This document shows, in pieces, positions 25,474-38,972 of a DNA stretch of 64,000 bases (positions are counted from its first letter, which is position 1; each line of letters begins with the position of its first letter). The translations under genes were made by a program, and so were the position numbers. The notes under the pieces are model-generated. The model had not been told where the DNA came from. It did not search any database and saw only the letters and a program-made list of their open reading frames with translations. This stretch comes from Paramecium tetraurelia (lineage: Eukaryota), in the NCBI GenBank assembly GCA_000165425.1, contig CT868008.1, positions 558,001-622,000 of the forward strand. Direction: 5' to 3'.

Positions 25474-27156
25474 ATGAGTTAAACACCTAAAAGCAGATCA
25501 AATTTTTAATGTAAGGCAAAGTATATAGGCGGAAAAAATAAGACGGATTAAATTTAGAATAAAATTAGTAGAGGTACATCAGCTGATAGAAATTAAATTA
25601 AAAATTAGTATAAAGAATGATAAATAAAAGATTAGGGTAGAGTAAAAGACAAATTCTCCAATTGGAGCAGATAAAAAATCCTTCGATTTTAGTCCAATTA
25701 GTTAGAGAACATAATAAGATTAAGTTAAATAAAAAGAAATAGACCCCGCTTCACCCTAAAAGACATTTAAGAATTTCAGAAATAGAACCGTTTCGACCGC
25801 TACAGACTTCAAAGTTTTTCAGCAAAGAAATTCGAATTAAAATTAATTAATTAAGGAGCAGGCATAGATCAAAAATACCGAACCAATTAATATGAATACT
25901 TAGCGTTCTTACTTTAAACAAACAGAAACAACCTTAAAGCAGAAACCAATTTAAGTACCATCTAAGCAAAATTAAAGAACTCCAGTTTAATAATAAAAAG
26001 TTGAACAAAAATCATATCCTCTAAAAACATTGGATAAAAAAAAAGACTTATAAATTGCTGCTAATCCAACCTCTAAAAGAGAGGATGTAAAAAATTAGAA
26101 AAAATAACAAGAAAACCCTAAAATTTCATTAACACCAAGGTTAGAGATATAAAAGGTATCTAATTCTCCACCCAATAAATTAATTACAACTTTTAGAGGA
26201 AAATCACCAAATCATGATTAAAATTAGTAAACTCAAAAACTAACAGCTTTCATTGCTGTTATTAGACCCATCTTTAAAGAGGCTAAATATTATATAACTC
26301 CTGTTATGCATTTTTTAAGGGAGTAACACTTTCCTAATACTACTCCCTACAAACTTTAATTTTAAATCGAATTCTAAGAATAATAGCTTTATTTTAGATA
26401 AAAGTTTTGTGATCATTTTTTTTCTACTTTTTAATATTTGAAATTATGTTAAACTTTGTAATAGAAAACAATGGTAAAGCCAATTTAAATGGATCCGCCA
26501 AAATAGCCTAAATCAAGCAAAAACTCTCCTAAAACTATAATATTTGATCTAGACGAGACTCTGATACATTGCAATGATATTAATCTTAATCAAACCGATC
26601 ATGAAGTTACTGTTTAGATTCCTAATGAGCCTGCTTAATAAGTATGAATTGAAGTTATATATAGGTTCGATTCAACATAAGGCCATATTGTATTGAAATG
26701 TTATAATCTTTATCTTAATTTTATGAGTTAATTCTATTTACTGCATCTTTTCAACAATATGCAGATAAAATCTTAGAATTTATAGATCCCAAGAAAAATA
26801 TTTTTTCTTATAGACTATATAGAGATAATTGTGTTACACTAGGAGACGGCCTTCTTGTAAAGGATTTAAGAGTCTTAGCAGGCAGAAAGATGGAGGTATA
26901 TTAATATACATTTATCATTAAGTCTATGGCATTAGTTGATAATTCAGCCTATTGCTATTTTTTACAGCCAGATAATGGAATTCCAATCATTCCATTTGAA
27001 GATAATAAGAAAGATAAAGAACTTATTTTTCTTACAGATTATTTGATTAAATGTGAGAAATATCCCAATTGGCTTGAACACCATAAGCATCATTTCAAAA
27101 ATTTCATCCATTTTCAAACTTTAACAATTAATGAATGTTTAAGAAGAATTATTTGA
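25474..27156 (+). CDS. FCP/SCP (NLI-interacting factor) HAD-family phosphatase with long low-complexity N-terminus
   Basis: IIFDLDETLIHC, RPYC, LFTAS..YADKIL..IDP, RLYRDNC, KDLRVL, LVDNS. Confidence 0.9.
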
Positions 27157-27711
27157 GAATTTAATTATATTTAAAATCTATGAATATTTTTGGTAAATTA
27201 AGACAATAATAAACAATCTAGTATTTAAGTCATATTTCTAAAAATCAAAATGAATGCCAAAATTTTTAAGGTTAACAATGTAAAACAAAAAATTGTCTTT
27301 TTGAAGGAAATTTGTAGATTTAATTTCTTGAAATTTCATTATCCATTAAAAAGTAAATTTCATTCTTTATCTTCTCTTATAAGTAAAGTATTTTTGCTAA
27401 TCTTTGGTTATTTTCAAGAATCCTTATTGTCTATAATTATTCCTATTTTCAAATCCAGAGAAATATTATTAGATTTGAAAACAAATCAAAATAATTTGGA
27501 AGTTTCATTTATTCACAAACAATAATTAACCCATATTTCTAAAATTTATAAATATCCAATTTTGTCGGCAAGCCCAAAAAGCCATACTCTAGCCAGTCAG
27601 TCATTTACTTAAAATAGATCAATTTTTTGAATTCTTCAGAATGGAATGCTTTAGCAATGTTAGAATACCTTTATTCAAATTGATCATATTAATATTATGT
27701 TTAATTAATGT

Positions 27712-28805
27712 TCATTTTCCATATTACATTGCTAAATTTTGTTGTCCAGGGGGAAAGTATTTAATTAAATCCTCCTTGTTTAAGTCATCAAAGAATGGAT
27801 GTTTCATAGCTTCCTTAACATAGATTCTCTTAGCAGGATCAAGAGCAATCATTTTTGTAACTAGATCTAATCCATTCTAATATTAGAATAAATAGTGTAC
27901 TTTTTCAAAATTTTTGAAAAATTGCTCTGGAGGTGTAGCTCTAAATCTGGGGAATGTTGGTTTGAAATCTGGAAGATCTGCAATATTTGGCCAATCTTAT
28001 ACAGTAGGAGTTCCATGATATTGAAAGATCTTAAAGATTTAATCAATTTCACTATCCCCACAAAATAACCCATGTTTTTCAACCATTTCTGTGAGAATGC
28101 ATCCAACAGACCAGATATCGACTCCCAAAGAATATTGTTTTTAAGATAACAGTATTTCTGGTGCTCGATACCAAAGGGTTTCGACTTCATGTGTTAGTGT
28201 TTTGATTGGCACTCCAAAAGCTCTGGCCAATCCAAAGTCAGCCAATTTGATGATTCCAGTTGATTTATCAATTAGGATATTTTATGGCTTGAGATCTCTG
28301 TGGATAATACGTCTGGAGTGACAATAATTGAGACCATTTAAGATTTGGAATGTGAAATGCTATAATTGATTTGATTAATACTTTGATTTGGCTTAATGTT
28401 AGATTGTGTTTGTTCTAATCAAGGAATTTCTTGAAATCCATCTCAACATACTCAAACACTAAATAGAGTTTCTTCTCATTAGGCTGATAGATGACTTCTT
28501 TAAGGCCCACAATGTTTGGATGCGGCTAGAGTTCTTTCAAAATTGAAATCTCTCTCATTGCTGTTGAAGGGACTCCTTCATCTTCGTTTTCTAATTTGAT
28601 TTTCTTCAATGCTACCAATTCCTTGGTCACTGAATCACGTGCTTTGTAAACTACCCCATAGGTTCCTAAACACAATATAATTAATAAGTACCTTCTCCAA
28701 TCTTCTCTAATTTCTCATATCTCTCTAACTATCGATTGTTACTGCCCATCTTGTCTCCTCCTCTTAAATCATAATAGTTTTAGGCTTAAATAGAGATGCA
28801 TTCAT
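27712..28805 (-). CDS. CDK1: Cyclin-dependent kinase, PSTAIRE class (CDK1/Cdc2)
   Basis: [26 protein letters not shown] (PSTAIRE-class, reads PSTAMRE), [34 protein letters not shown]. An alternative in-frame ATG lies near 28772. Confidence 0.92.
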
Positions 28806-28859
28806 ACTTAACATAGCGTAAAATAAATTCAAAAATTAAAATATTAACTGTTATTTAAA

Positions 28860-30173
28860 TCAATCCTAATAGAATGTAGGTCTCTAATCGTTTAAAAATA
28901 ATTTTGCATAAAAATCATTTTCTGTTTGGCTTGCCTCATTCCTGAGTATTTTTAATTTCCCTTAAACAATCTTTACTAATCCTTTATCATGAACCTAAGG
29001 ATAAACAAAGAACTCATTTTTAGCTTATTCCTTCAATGGTCCTATATCATCCAACAAACTCTCTAGGAGTCCTTCATTATTCAATTTATCTGAAAATTTA
29101 TTGAAAATAGGCAACAATATTTTCTTGTCTTAAACAACATCAAACAATGCATTAAGTGCTGGAACAAAGGCAAAAGTATCACATTAAACGAATTTTAAAA
29201 TTAGCGTTGCAAACATTTATCTATCCTTATCCAAATATCTATAAGCAGGAATTTTCTATTACTCTCTAAATTGTTGTAGGTCTGGATTTAAGTTTAGAAT
29301 TTAATTGGGATCAACCCATAATAAACTCCAAAAAAGAAAGGAATATTTTCTGATGATGCTTACTATTCTTAATTAACGCTATTCATCTTCTGTCAGTTCA
29401 TTAATTTCTAATTGTTTGTTTCTGTCACTTGACCAAAAGTACCACTCAAAATAATCTTTGAATTCTGGTATAGGTGGACCCTCGTTTTTAAAAACACAAG
29501 CTAATTTTTGATATAATTGAGCCACCATGCATTCATAAATTAGTTGTCCTGTAGTGCTTTTCACTAATATAACTAGCAAACATACTTCTCATAATTTTAA
29601 TAATAATGGCTAAAATCAATATCTTATAATCATGCCAAACTTATTGAGGAGGTATCAGTGACCCTGTAATGAAGGCATCAATATTGTCTTCAATAAATAG
29701 TTTAATAATTCCAATATTGTCGATTTATTTATTCATAAATTCTGTATAAGAAGTCTTGAATAAATTGATTAATAATTCAGTTGTTGAGCATTGTTTCCTT
29801 TGTATGCTGTCTTTTTCAAATATGTCCAAATAGCTATTACGTAGATGATTATTTTTCATGAGCTCTTTATTCAATTTGACATTGATTTTTTGAAAATATT
29901 AATCCAAATCAACTTAAATTGCCACATTAATAATTGATGGTTAAGATGCTATTAGTTCTTGGATGGTCCTTTCTTCTTCTTCAATTTCCATAGGATCAAA
30001 TACTACTTAAAATAATGGTTTTAGAATTTTGCATGAATTGGCTCTTTTTAGAGTATTCTAAAAACAAGGTTATGTAATTTCATTCTCTTCTGCTGTGTCT
30101 TTTTGCTATCTGTATTTATTTTGTGATTCTAAGTAGGGTCTAAAATAAACAGAAGCCTCTCTGAAATCATCAT
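28860..30173 (-). CDS. Putative Gle1-like mRNA export factor (divergent helical protein)
   Basis: LYQKLACVFK..PEFKDYFEWYF..EDEQRQLRIVSIIRKYSFLFWSLL resembles the Gle1 core as I recall it. The ORF is solid; the family call is tentative. Confidence 0.45.
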
Positions 30174-30209
30174 GACAATATTGAACTGATTAAAAAGATA
30201 GGTTTTAAA

Positions 30210-31451
30210 TCATTTTTTTAAATAAATCACACATTTATAGTCAACACTTTATTCTAAACTCTCAATTCTCCCAATTCTATAACCCCCTTGTCCATGAAAT
30301 AGCCACAAAGAGAATCTCAAATCTCCCTCCTCATTATCCACATCCGGATACTTAAGATCAATTTTACTCATAGGACTAAATCCAATGCATCTATTTCTGA
30401 CATAATACCAATACACTTCTCCGTTCCTGCTCTTTCTAGCTAGATTCAAATTTTGAGTCTCCGTGTAGAATTCAGAAGCATAGTCAGTAGCACACAATAT
30501 AAATTGATCAGGTTCTTTTATATTTACTCCACCTATACAAATTTGAGATTGAGAATTGCACTTCAGTTTTATTAATTCTATGTGAGTTTGAGTGAAGGGC
30601 TTATTAAAGAATTCATCGTAAATTTTAACGAATCCCTTCATTTCTAAACTCCTTAATTTCACTTATTTTTAAATACAGAACTGAGTCTAACCAAAAGTTC
30701 CTAATTAACTTTATTAATCAAAATCTAATCTCTGATTTGACTGAGTGTCACTTCTATCATTTCCAAAGATTCTCTTACTCTACACTATCTAACTAAGTGG
30801 ACGTTCAATCAAGGTTGTGAGATTTTAAATTTAATACAAAATCTCTTAGACTTATTCCGTAAAACTCGAATGAATTATGTTGGCCTTGGTTACCAGAGCA
30901 ATATCTCTACAAAACAAGGCTGCATCAAATACTAATCTACTGGCTAGGCTTTGGAATTTATCAGAGGGCTCATAATCGATTTGTTTATATTCAGGAATTC
31001 CTTCTTTGTAGAAGATTGACTCACTTATATCCTTTGCCAATTATTCAAAATCTTTTTCACTCAAATTTTATTCATCTAAATACTTACGCTTTAGAATACA
31101 AACTTTGCTCTCTTGCATTTACTGATTAACAAAGTTTTGAATCTATTATTACAGAAGAGTGATCTTATTGAGAATAGCCGCAATGCTCATTTGAATGCAA
31201 TCAGTCAAATCTTTGGTTTTTTAATTGTATTATTGTAGTTCTCTACTCCATTCGTTTTTAATGAGAGTGTCCAAATTAGATAGATTGATCGATTTATGAC
31301 CAAAATGTTAATCTCCCAAACATAAACCGCACAAGGTCTTTTTTGAAATTTGACACTTTTGATCAAGACACAAATGGATAATCTTTTGATCTACATCTTT
31401 ATGTTCTGGAATTGAGCAAAATACATTCCTTGCTTTTTTCAGCAGATTCAT
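30210..31451 (-). CDS. B-box-like zinc finger, coiled coil and uncharacterised C-terminal domain
   Basis: CSIPEH..LCLDQKC..LCGLCLGDQHFGH; C-terminal NGEVYWYY..IGFSP..RFSLWL..GGYRIG. Confidence 0.75.
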
Positions 31452-31643
31452 GATTAAATTTAATTTTAAAGTTTATTATCAAAGAAATTTTATTTAAATG
31501 AAATGTATTCCTTATTACTGTAGGAATCAATTTAAGGGATTGTTACGCATCAAAGTAGGATTGTACCATGTTGATATAAACCATCAGAATATGATGTCTA
31601 AATCATTAGATATTATAAAATATTAAATATAAAAAATAATAAA

Positions 31644-32520
31644 ATGAATTACAAACCGAACCTGAAGATGGATAGTACTTCTGGCTCGTTTAAGAAATAG
31701 GAGTAGACCCTGTCTCTCGAAAGCACGTAGAAATTAGAATATAATGCAATCAATTTAAAACCTAATTTTGCTTGTAAACCTGCTTTTAACATTCGCAACA
31801 GTTCTCCTCAACTTTAAGAATAAGAACCATTGTTAATAAATACAAAGGATGATTTCTCTAAAACAGGATCATTTTAAGAGAAAATCCCATTGAAGGATAG
31901 AATCTAACGATCAGACGAAAAGAAAAACACTGCTCCAATTTCCAAAGGACTATATCTTCCTGGCTAAGAGGAGCTCTTTAAGAAATAAATCTAGGTTGAG
32001 AAGAAGGAGATACAATCACATCAAGAAAAAAAAGAAGTCCCATCTGGAAAGCCTGTTTAAGCAGAATAATACATGCCATCCATTGGGTAGTAATCGAACA
32101 AAAGAGAGGCAGCCTTATTAGGTTCTAAAAATCCAATAGAAAATAAATTAGCAGTCGCAAACCAAGATAGAGTGCTCTAATAACTTGGTATTTTATGTGA
32201 TAATACATATAGAGGAAGCAGAACCTATTGAAGATCTAGAATTAATCCCTTGTCCTGAAGGATGTGGAAGATAATTTAAATAGGATGCTTTGGAGAAACA
32301 TGTAAAGGTCTGTAAACAAGTTTTCCAATAGAAAAGACAAGAATTCAATTCAAAATAAGCTAGAGTTGTTACAAACGATTAGCAAAAATTATAGCGTTAA
32401 GGATAAATTAAAGAAAAATAATTATAAAAGAAATAAGGAAAAGCTCCTTTAGATCCTAATTGGAAAAAACAATCAGAAGAATTACGTAATCTAATAAAAG
32501 AATCCAAGCAATAACAATGA
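31644..32520 (+). CDS. C2HC zinc-finger protein (ZC2HC1/FAM164-like)
   Basis: LIPCPEGCGRQFKQDALEKHVKVCKQVFQQKRQEFNS and NWKKQSEELRNLI. Confidence 0.8.
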
Positions 32521-32957
32521 TTATTTTATCATTAATATTACAATCAAGTCCCTTCATTATTTATCATAGATAATAACTTCATCTAAATAATGCTATAAAA
32601 GTTGTGTTTATAAGTTATGAACATAATAGATAAATGTTAAAGTATAATATTGGTTTCCGTTTTCGCTTTCAAGTTCTGAAGAAATAATGAAAAAACAAGT
32701 AAAAATAGGCTGAGATTCTGCTTAAGTAGGAATATTATAAAGAAAATTATAAAATTTGTCCTTTACTTATTTTACTGAAAATGACTTTTAATATATAATG
32801 GAAGTAAATAGCATTGGAGATAGCATTTATTTTGATGTAATAAACATTAGCTATAATAGATTATTCAATGTTGTTATTCATAATATACTTAAGTAATAAA
32901 TTTCATGAATAAAATTTATAATATAATATAATATAATTAGTGTAAAATCTTATGATA

Positions 32958-33909
32958 TCATTTCTTCTTTGTGGCCATACTCATTAATTTCTCTTCCATA
33001 TCCTTTTATCTTGATACTAGTTTCTCTTCTAACTCTTATTTTGCTAAATCTAGCTTCTTTTGTATTGCATCCATTATTATTGGGTCTAACAATTCCTCAT
33101 CAGTTGGTTCTGGCGGAGCTTATTGATCTTCCTAATCAACTGTTTCAATTAATCCATCATCTTCGTCCTTTTATTCAAATGGTCGATAAATCAAAGCCTC
33201 ATCTAATGGTAATGGTTACAAGGGCAAGTCCATCTACAAATCCATATGAAGTTCCAAAGTTCTTTAATCTGATATAAAAGCCTGGTTAATCAAATCAAAA
33301 TGATTTAGATAGATTTAGAAATGTTCTTTGATTGGCAATATATGCATAGATCGAAAATATCCTGCCTCTGCATGCACTTTCAATAAATGATTAAATAATT
33401 CTGCATCTGAAATTTTAGTCTTTTATTGAAGAGTATTATTAAACCTCATCTCCTGACTGAACTTACTGTTATTATTGGTGAATGATAAAAATAATATGTT
33501 GATCAAAACTTATACACTTTCATCATTTAAGTTGTTTAAAGACTTGGCAAATATTAGATCATTTATTAGCACATCTGCTGATATCTAAAAATCAATATCT
33601 CGTAGTTGATCTTTGCAGTTATAAATTTCAGCGAGCTTGTTATTTAGAATCACTTTATACTTTATGCAAATATTCCATCATAGCCTTATGAGATTCTGAG
33701 TGTGGAAATACATACTCAATGCAATATTTGGTGATCGGCAAAGGCATGCTGACATTAAAGATATTGAATTACTTTGTATTGTTGAGTGTACTAATTTTGT
33801 ATTTCTCTAATTCCTTTCTCTATCTTTCCTCTTCTTCTTCTCTCATCCTTTGCTCTTCTGCTAATCGAGCTGCCTCTTCTTCTTTCTATTTCTGAGTTTT
33901 AGGGGGCAT
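32958..33909 (-). CDS. Putative ciliary protein (CFAP119/C1a-32-like, tentative)
   Basis: MPPKTQK.. charged N-terminus; helical domain ending YLNHFDLINQAF..LPLQPLPLDEA; two introns. Confidence 0.5.
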
Positions 33910-34137
33910 TTTCAATAATTTATTAATATACAGAAATCTTTCAATAAGAATTTCATATTTTTAATGAATAGGGGTCTGATGATATTTGTGTTTATTTAGG
34001 ATTTAGTTTTCAGATTCGGAAAACTGAATTTTATATATTTGTTGCCTTTATCTTAAGGCTCATGAGAGTTAAGCAAAAGTGTTAATAATTGTTAATTAAA
34101 AATGAAATTAATAACCTTCATGTTTGATCCAATATTT

Positions 34138-34446
34138 TCAAAGACTAATGGGTTTTCTGATTCTTCTCAAGAATGGGTTTTTTGAGAATTAGGTCTTATA
34201 ATCTGTTTCTGTTTCCTTCAAAAAATTACCACAAGAAGACAGGGCTTTTGAAGTTAGAACATCAATGATTTAATTGTTCGACCTTTCATATTGTATTTAT
34301 TTTATCATGGGATTAGTATTCATCTTAAGGCCCAAGTTTTTCAAGTATCTGATAACGCCCTTTTCCACCTTATGTGATTCTTTCCCTTGACACTCATTTA
34401 TTGTAATTTCAATAGAGTTATCAGAAAAGTCATCATAATCATCCAT
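34138..34446 (-). CDS. Small hypothetical protein (102 aa)
   Basis: MDDYDDFSDNSIEITINECQG...RRIRKPISL; intronless. Confidence 0.6.
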
Positions 34447-35039
34447 TGAAATTATTAATGAATTATTTGATTGGAATCATAATCATATATGAATTAATTT
34501 TTTCTTTGAAAATTCTTGATTAAATTCATCTTTAATTTAATATATATTACTTATATCACTTTATCTCAATTATTTCGGATTTCTGTAATGAATAAAACCA
34601 ATTTATGACTAAATTTACATTTGAGAATTTTTAGATATAAGAATTAACGAAATAAAATAATAACCAGAATATTAATTAGATCTTACCAAAATGAAAAATA
34701 TTATACTGATTATATCATAATTTTAATTATATTAAAATTCAAATTAGTAAAATATGTATATATTTAAAGTACTGATTTTGACCTATTATTAGATGAAAAA
34801 TTCATCCAATTTGTATGTGGTTCATCTCATTTTACTTTAATATAGAAGGAAATTTTAAGTGCAACAAAAGAATAATTATCAAATGTAATTACATTTCTTA
34901 TATTTAATTTTCAAATTGAGTATTATAATTATTTTTTTTTTATATATATAAAGTTGATTATTAATCATCACTATTAGCTTTTGAAATAATAGAAAATTAT
35001 AAAATTAAATAAACTATATGGTTTAGTAATTTTCATTTT

Positions 35040-35480
35040 CTTCATTCATAGTCATTATCAAAAACTGTGTGGAAGAGTGATTGATCTGATTTCATATTTC
35101 AGCCACTATACAACATAATCAATATATTCATTATCAACTTTTGCCTCTCTTTTTTATTTACTTAATTTTGCTAATCATGATTCATTCTCTCTATTTAAAA
35201 AGTTAGTAATCAATTGATCTATTGTACTTTTCTTCTTAAATTCTTTTTCTATTTTTAGAGCTTACTTGAGCTCAACTATTACTTTTCTTAATTAGTATTC
35301 ATTTCAAAAGATTAAGTTTTCTAAAATTGCTTTTTATTTTTTATAGATCTTTATAAGGTTTGATAAAGATATATTGAAAATTAATATTTTTCCTAATTTG
35401 TAATACTACAGACTATCTATGGATCATTAGTCTTATATAAAAGAATCTTCAACTTGGACTTAATAATTATAATTTTCCCA
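35040..35480 (-). pseudogene. Probable decayed gene remnant
   Basis: Coding-like frame (LRKVIVELKQALKIEKEFKKKSTIDQLITNF..EYIDYVVQWLKYEIRSI) interrupted by TGA at 35424, 35304 and 35175, all in the same frame. Confidence 0.35.
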
Positions 35481-35831
35481 TTAAAGCTTGTTTAATGAAA
35501 CAACTTTTAATGAAGGTTTATAATTCTATATAGGCATTAAACAGATTCCAATATGAAAGCTATTTTATTTAAAACAAATAACCTTAGAATAGTAATATAA
35601 ATATACACAAAAATAACAATTAATATTAAAAATTTTTTATGATTAATTATTCTAACATTAGTAGTTAAATTGATAAGTTGCTTTTTTTGACAAAGAAATT
35701 AAAAACTAATCCAATTTTATGAACACTTAGACTGTAATTCAATTTCATTATTTTTTAATTATAATTATAAATTATAAAATAAAATGTAATTAAGTAATTT
35801 TTTATTCTATGGATTTTTAGTGATTATATAA

Positions 35832-36785
35832 TCATTATCTTTTTTTAATCCATCTTACTATTTAAGGGATAATTTCATGTATTTCTTATTCAGCTATACA
35901 ATCGTGCCACATATTTTCAAAGTAGATATGCTCTTTGTCAAGGGATGTACTCTACTTCATAAGTTCATGTCCAACATCGGGATCAATAATTTGATCCATT
36001 CCCCCTGAAATGATCAGGAATGGCTTTTTGTAGTTTTTAAAAGTGCTAGGAGTTTCTCTTAACATTTTTAACAATACTCTGCCTGTTCCAGGTAAAGTTG
36101 AATTCCAATTGATATATGGATCCTTCAAATTATCATCTAAGATCTGTGGGTTCTTAGAACCATTTGGATATGAAGGTGGAAAGGGAGACCATGTTGGCGA
36201 TAATATGCCTAGCACTAAAGCAATTTTCTTGAGATAAGGCCTATTGTAATAGTTGTCCATCAAAGCAGGGGTAATCAAAATAGTCCCTTGGACGAGATCA
36301 TTCCTTCCCAAAAGGTAGGATGTTAATCCACCTAAGGATTATCCCAAAGCAAACAATTGTACTCCAGGATACAATTGTTTAATTTATTAAATAAATCTCG
36401 TACAATCTTCTATATGCTGTTCTTTTGATTCTAGCCAACCTCTAAGACCTTCACTCTTGCCGAATCCTCTAAAATCAAAGCCCACACACACACTGTTGGC
36501 TTCTTTACTCAGTGCTTATGCTATATGAGCATACAATCCGAGATGCTCATTTAATCCATGGAAAAAAAAAGTTACGGATTATGGAGCTTAGTTTGATTTA
36601 GGGAAGCATCTGTAAGTGTGGAGCTTAATTGTTGTGTTTCGTTGAAGACCTGTAAAAGTTATTCCCCCTTCCTCATCCCACTTGCTATTTCCCAAAGGAG
36701 AAGGCATTCTGTATTTCTCTTCTGGAACAGCCTTTTATATACATTCGTTCCTTATATCGTTTTCCGATTTCTTAAACCAATACAT
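35832..36785 (-). CDS. Monoglyceride lipase / Hydrolase_4 alpha/beta hydrolase (copy 1)
   Basis: FFHGLNEH, GFDFRGFGKSEG, GQSLGG nucleophile elbow, GGMDQII, NMWHD; intronless, 318 codons. Confidence 0.92.
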
Positions 36786-36862
36786 GTATATTTTAATAAT
36801 ATAAATGTTGTTTCAATATATAGGTATTTAGATTTAAATTAAATAAATATGATATTTAGAAT

Positions 36863-38099
36863 TCAAGGCTATCGTAAATTCTTTGTGATGAGATCGATTT
36901 AAAGAGGATCGATCATCAGACTGTTGGGAAGTAAAAATGGGTTATTCATGAGTTCAAAGGGATATTTAGGTACCATCTTCAATATCATTTGCTTTTATGG
37001 AGGGATTTCAAGGGGTTGAGTGAGTTGGGGTTAATTCAGTTGGTCTTTATTTACTTAATGAATAAGATTAGCAAATTGAATCCCATTCAACTAGATATCG
37101 TCAATTTAATCATCAATTTATTATTGACAGATTCTCAACTCTTTTTGTTTTAGTTTAATTTATTTAATGAGACTAAGTTAATATATATTGAATACAAAGA
37201 GAAATTCTTCTTATGATCAATCACTCTCCTAACAATAGTGTATAAATTTAAAAACACTCCATTATCGCAGATCCCAGTGGCATCTCTGAGATTTTTGATG
37301 TAATCGGCCAATTCTTCTTCGTCATGCATAGTATCTACAATTTGTTAGACTATAAAAGATTACAGTTTTTTGAGAAGTAGCTTTGTCCAAATAACAGCGT
37401 GCCATAGTTTCCATCTAAGAGGAGTCTGGCAATATTTTGAAAGCAATATCGAATGTATTACTTGCGCTTGGTTCCTGTAGCTTTGAACTTGAGCTTATAT
37501 GATTCTGTAAGCAACTATTGCAATTCATTAAATTCCTGCTCCTTTACCTTGAGTTACTCAAACAACTAAGTCTATTCGACAATCATATCCTGGATGCTTG
37601 AATTCTATTCCAAAACTGAATGCATAGTCTAAAATGTTGATTCTGTTGATTTTCTTAATTGTCCGATTGCCTAATTTAAGTCTTCAACCTTCTTTTCTAA
37701 CAGATTGATGTATAGCTTCTTTCGTTATCTGGAATTTCTTGCACTTTCTCTGTTCCTTATCATCTTTTGATCCTCATTCTCCAACTGCTTACTGGATGAA
37801 CTCGGCTCCTTTTATACTTTTTTGATAATCTTTTCGTTCTCCCCCTCTACACTAAGCAGAGAATGTATCTTTTTGATGTAGGTATTTTTCACATGTCCCT
37901 TGATATTCTGCAATCCGAAAGCATCATCCTTTATTGATGCCTGGGAATCAATCTAAACCATGGATCTCTCCTCCTGTTTAACATCATGTTTTGATAAACT
38001 GTAAGGCAGAAATGATGGCGTTAGAAATCTCCCCCTCCCTTAATCTTCGTCGAATTGTTCATGTAAATGGTATTCTTGAAATTCATTTAACTTTTGCAT
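36863..38099 (-). CDS. bZIP transcription factor
   Basis: KMIRNRESARNSRQRKKLYINLLEKKVEDLNQAIGQL. Confidence 0.9.
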
Positions 38100-38972
38100 C
38101 ACTATTTATGATAATAATAATTGATTAATGACGTCTGAAAAGACATATATAGCATAATTGTATTAAAAAATAAATTCATTTGACATAGTAACATTTAATA
38201 TTATTTTCTATGCCGATATTATCATACTCTTTATATGTATTCCTTATATTAAATTGGAGTTAAATAAATTAATTATTAAAATTTAAGAACAAAAAGCACA
38301 TCTAATATTTTGATCAAGGCGGAGACATGTTATATATTCAAAAATTCAAATTGTTGGAATAACTTGTCATCTAATTCCAATTGTATTTCCAAGACTTTTT
38401 AAACAAACCTTAATTTATCAGTTTGAATACATTCTTTCTATAGAACTTATACTTCTTTATTAAAGGCAACAGATATAATATTATTTGGGGGGTTGTCTAC
38501 ATTTTCATGTACTTTACACGATTAAATTATATTATTAGACTTTAATATAAACTTTATTGCTTAAAATCCTTAATATTATAGTTTGAACTATATATCAATT
38601 ATTTTATTTTTTCATCATAATAGATGTGGATATTAATTTAGGGAATAATAGATTTTAATATCTTTGTTATTAATACATAGACTCTGTATATTAACAGAAT
38701 TAATTTGATTTCATTCTATTTCTAATATATTTATTTTAGATGGCTTACTATCACTTCTATTCTTGGTAATTATATCTTAAATATAAATTTAACTATTATG
38801 CTGATATTTTAGTGTCAATATTTAGACTAATTCAATTTCCTTTTATTCAAATTATCTAACTCTTCATGTATTATTATATATATTAATTGAAAGAAAAATA
38901 ATTAATAAAATTATAAATTGTTTTTCAAATTTGAACCTTACTGTGAAGGTCAGTTGACTGAGGAAACAAAAA

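Noticed and set aside
1452..28805. Cell-cycle gene cluster (CDC20, Pin1, CTD phosphatase, CDK)
   Set aside because: Spread over 27 kb among unrelated genes, and most belong to large ciliate families; no shared regulatory signal seen.
35040..35480. Selenoprotein (TGA read as Sec)
   Set aside because: No redox motif context or recognisable SECIS hairpin; decay is the simpler explanation.
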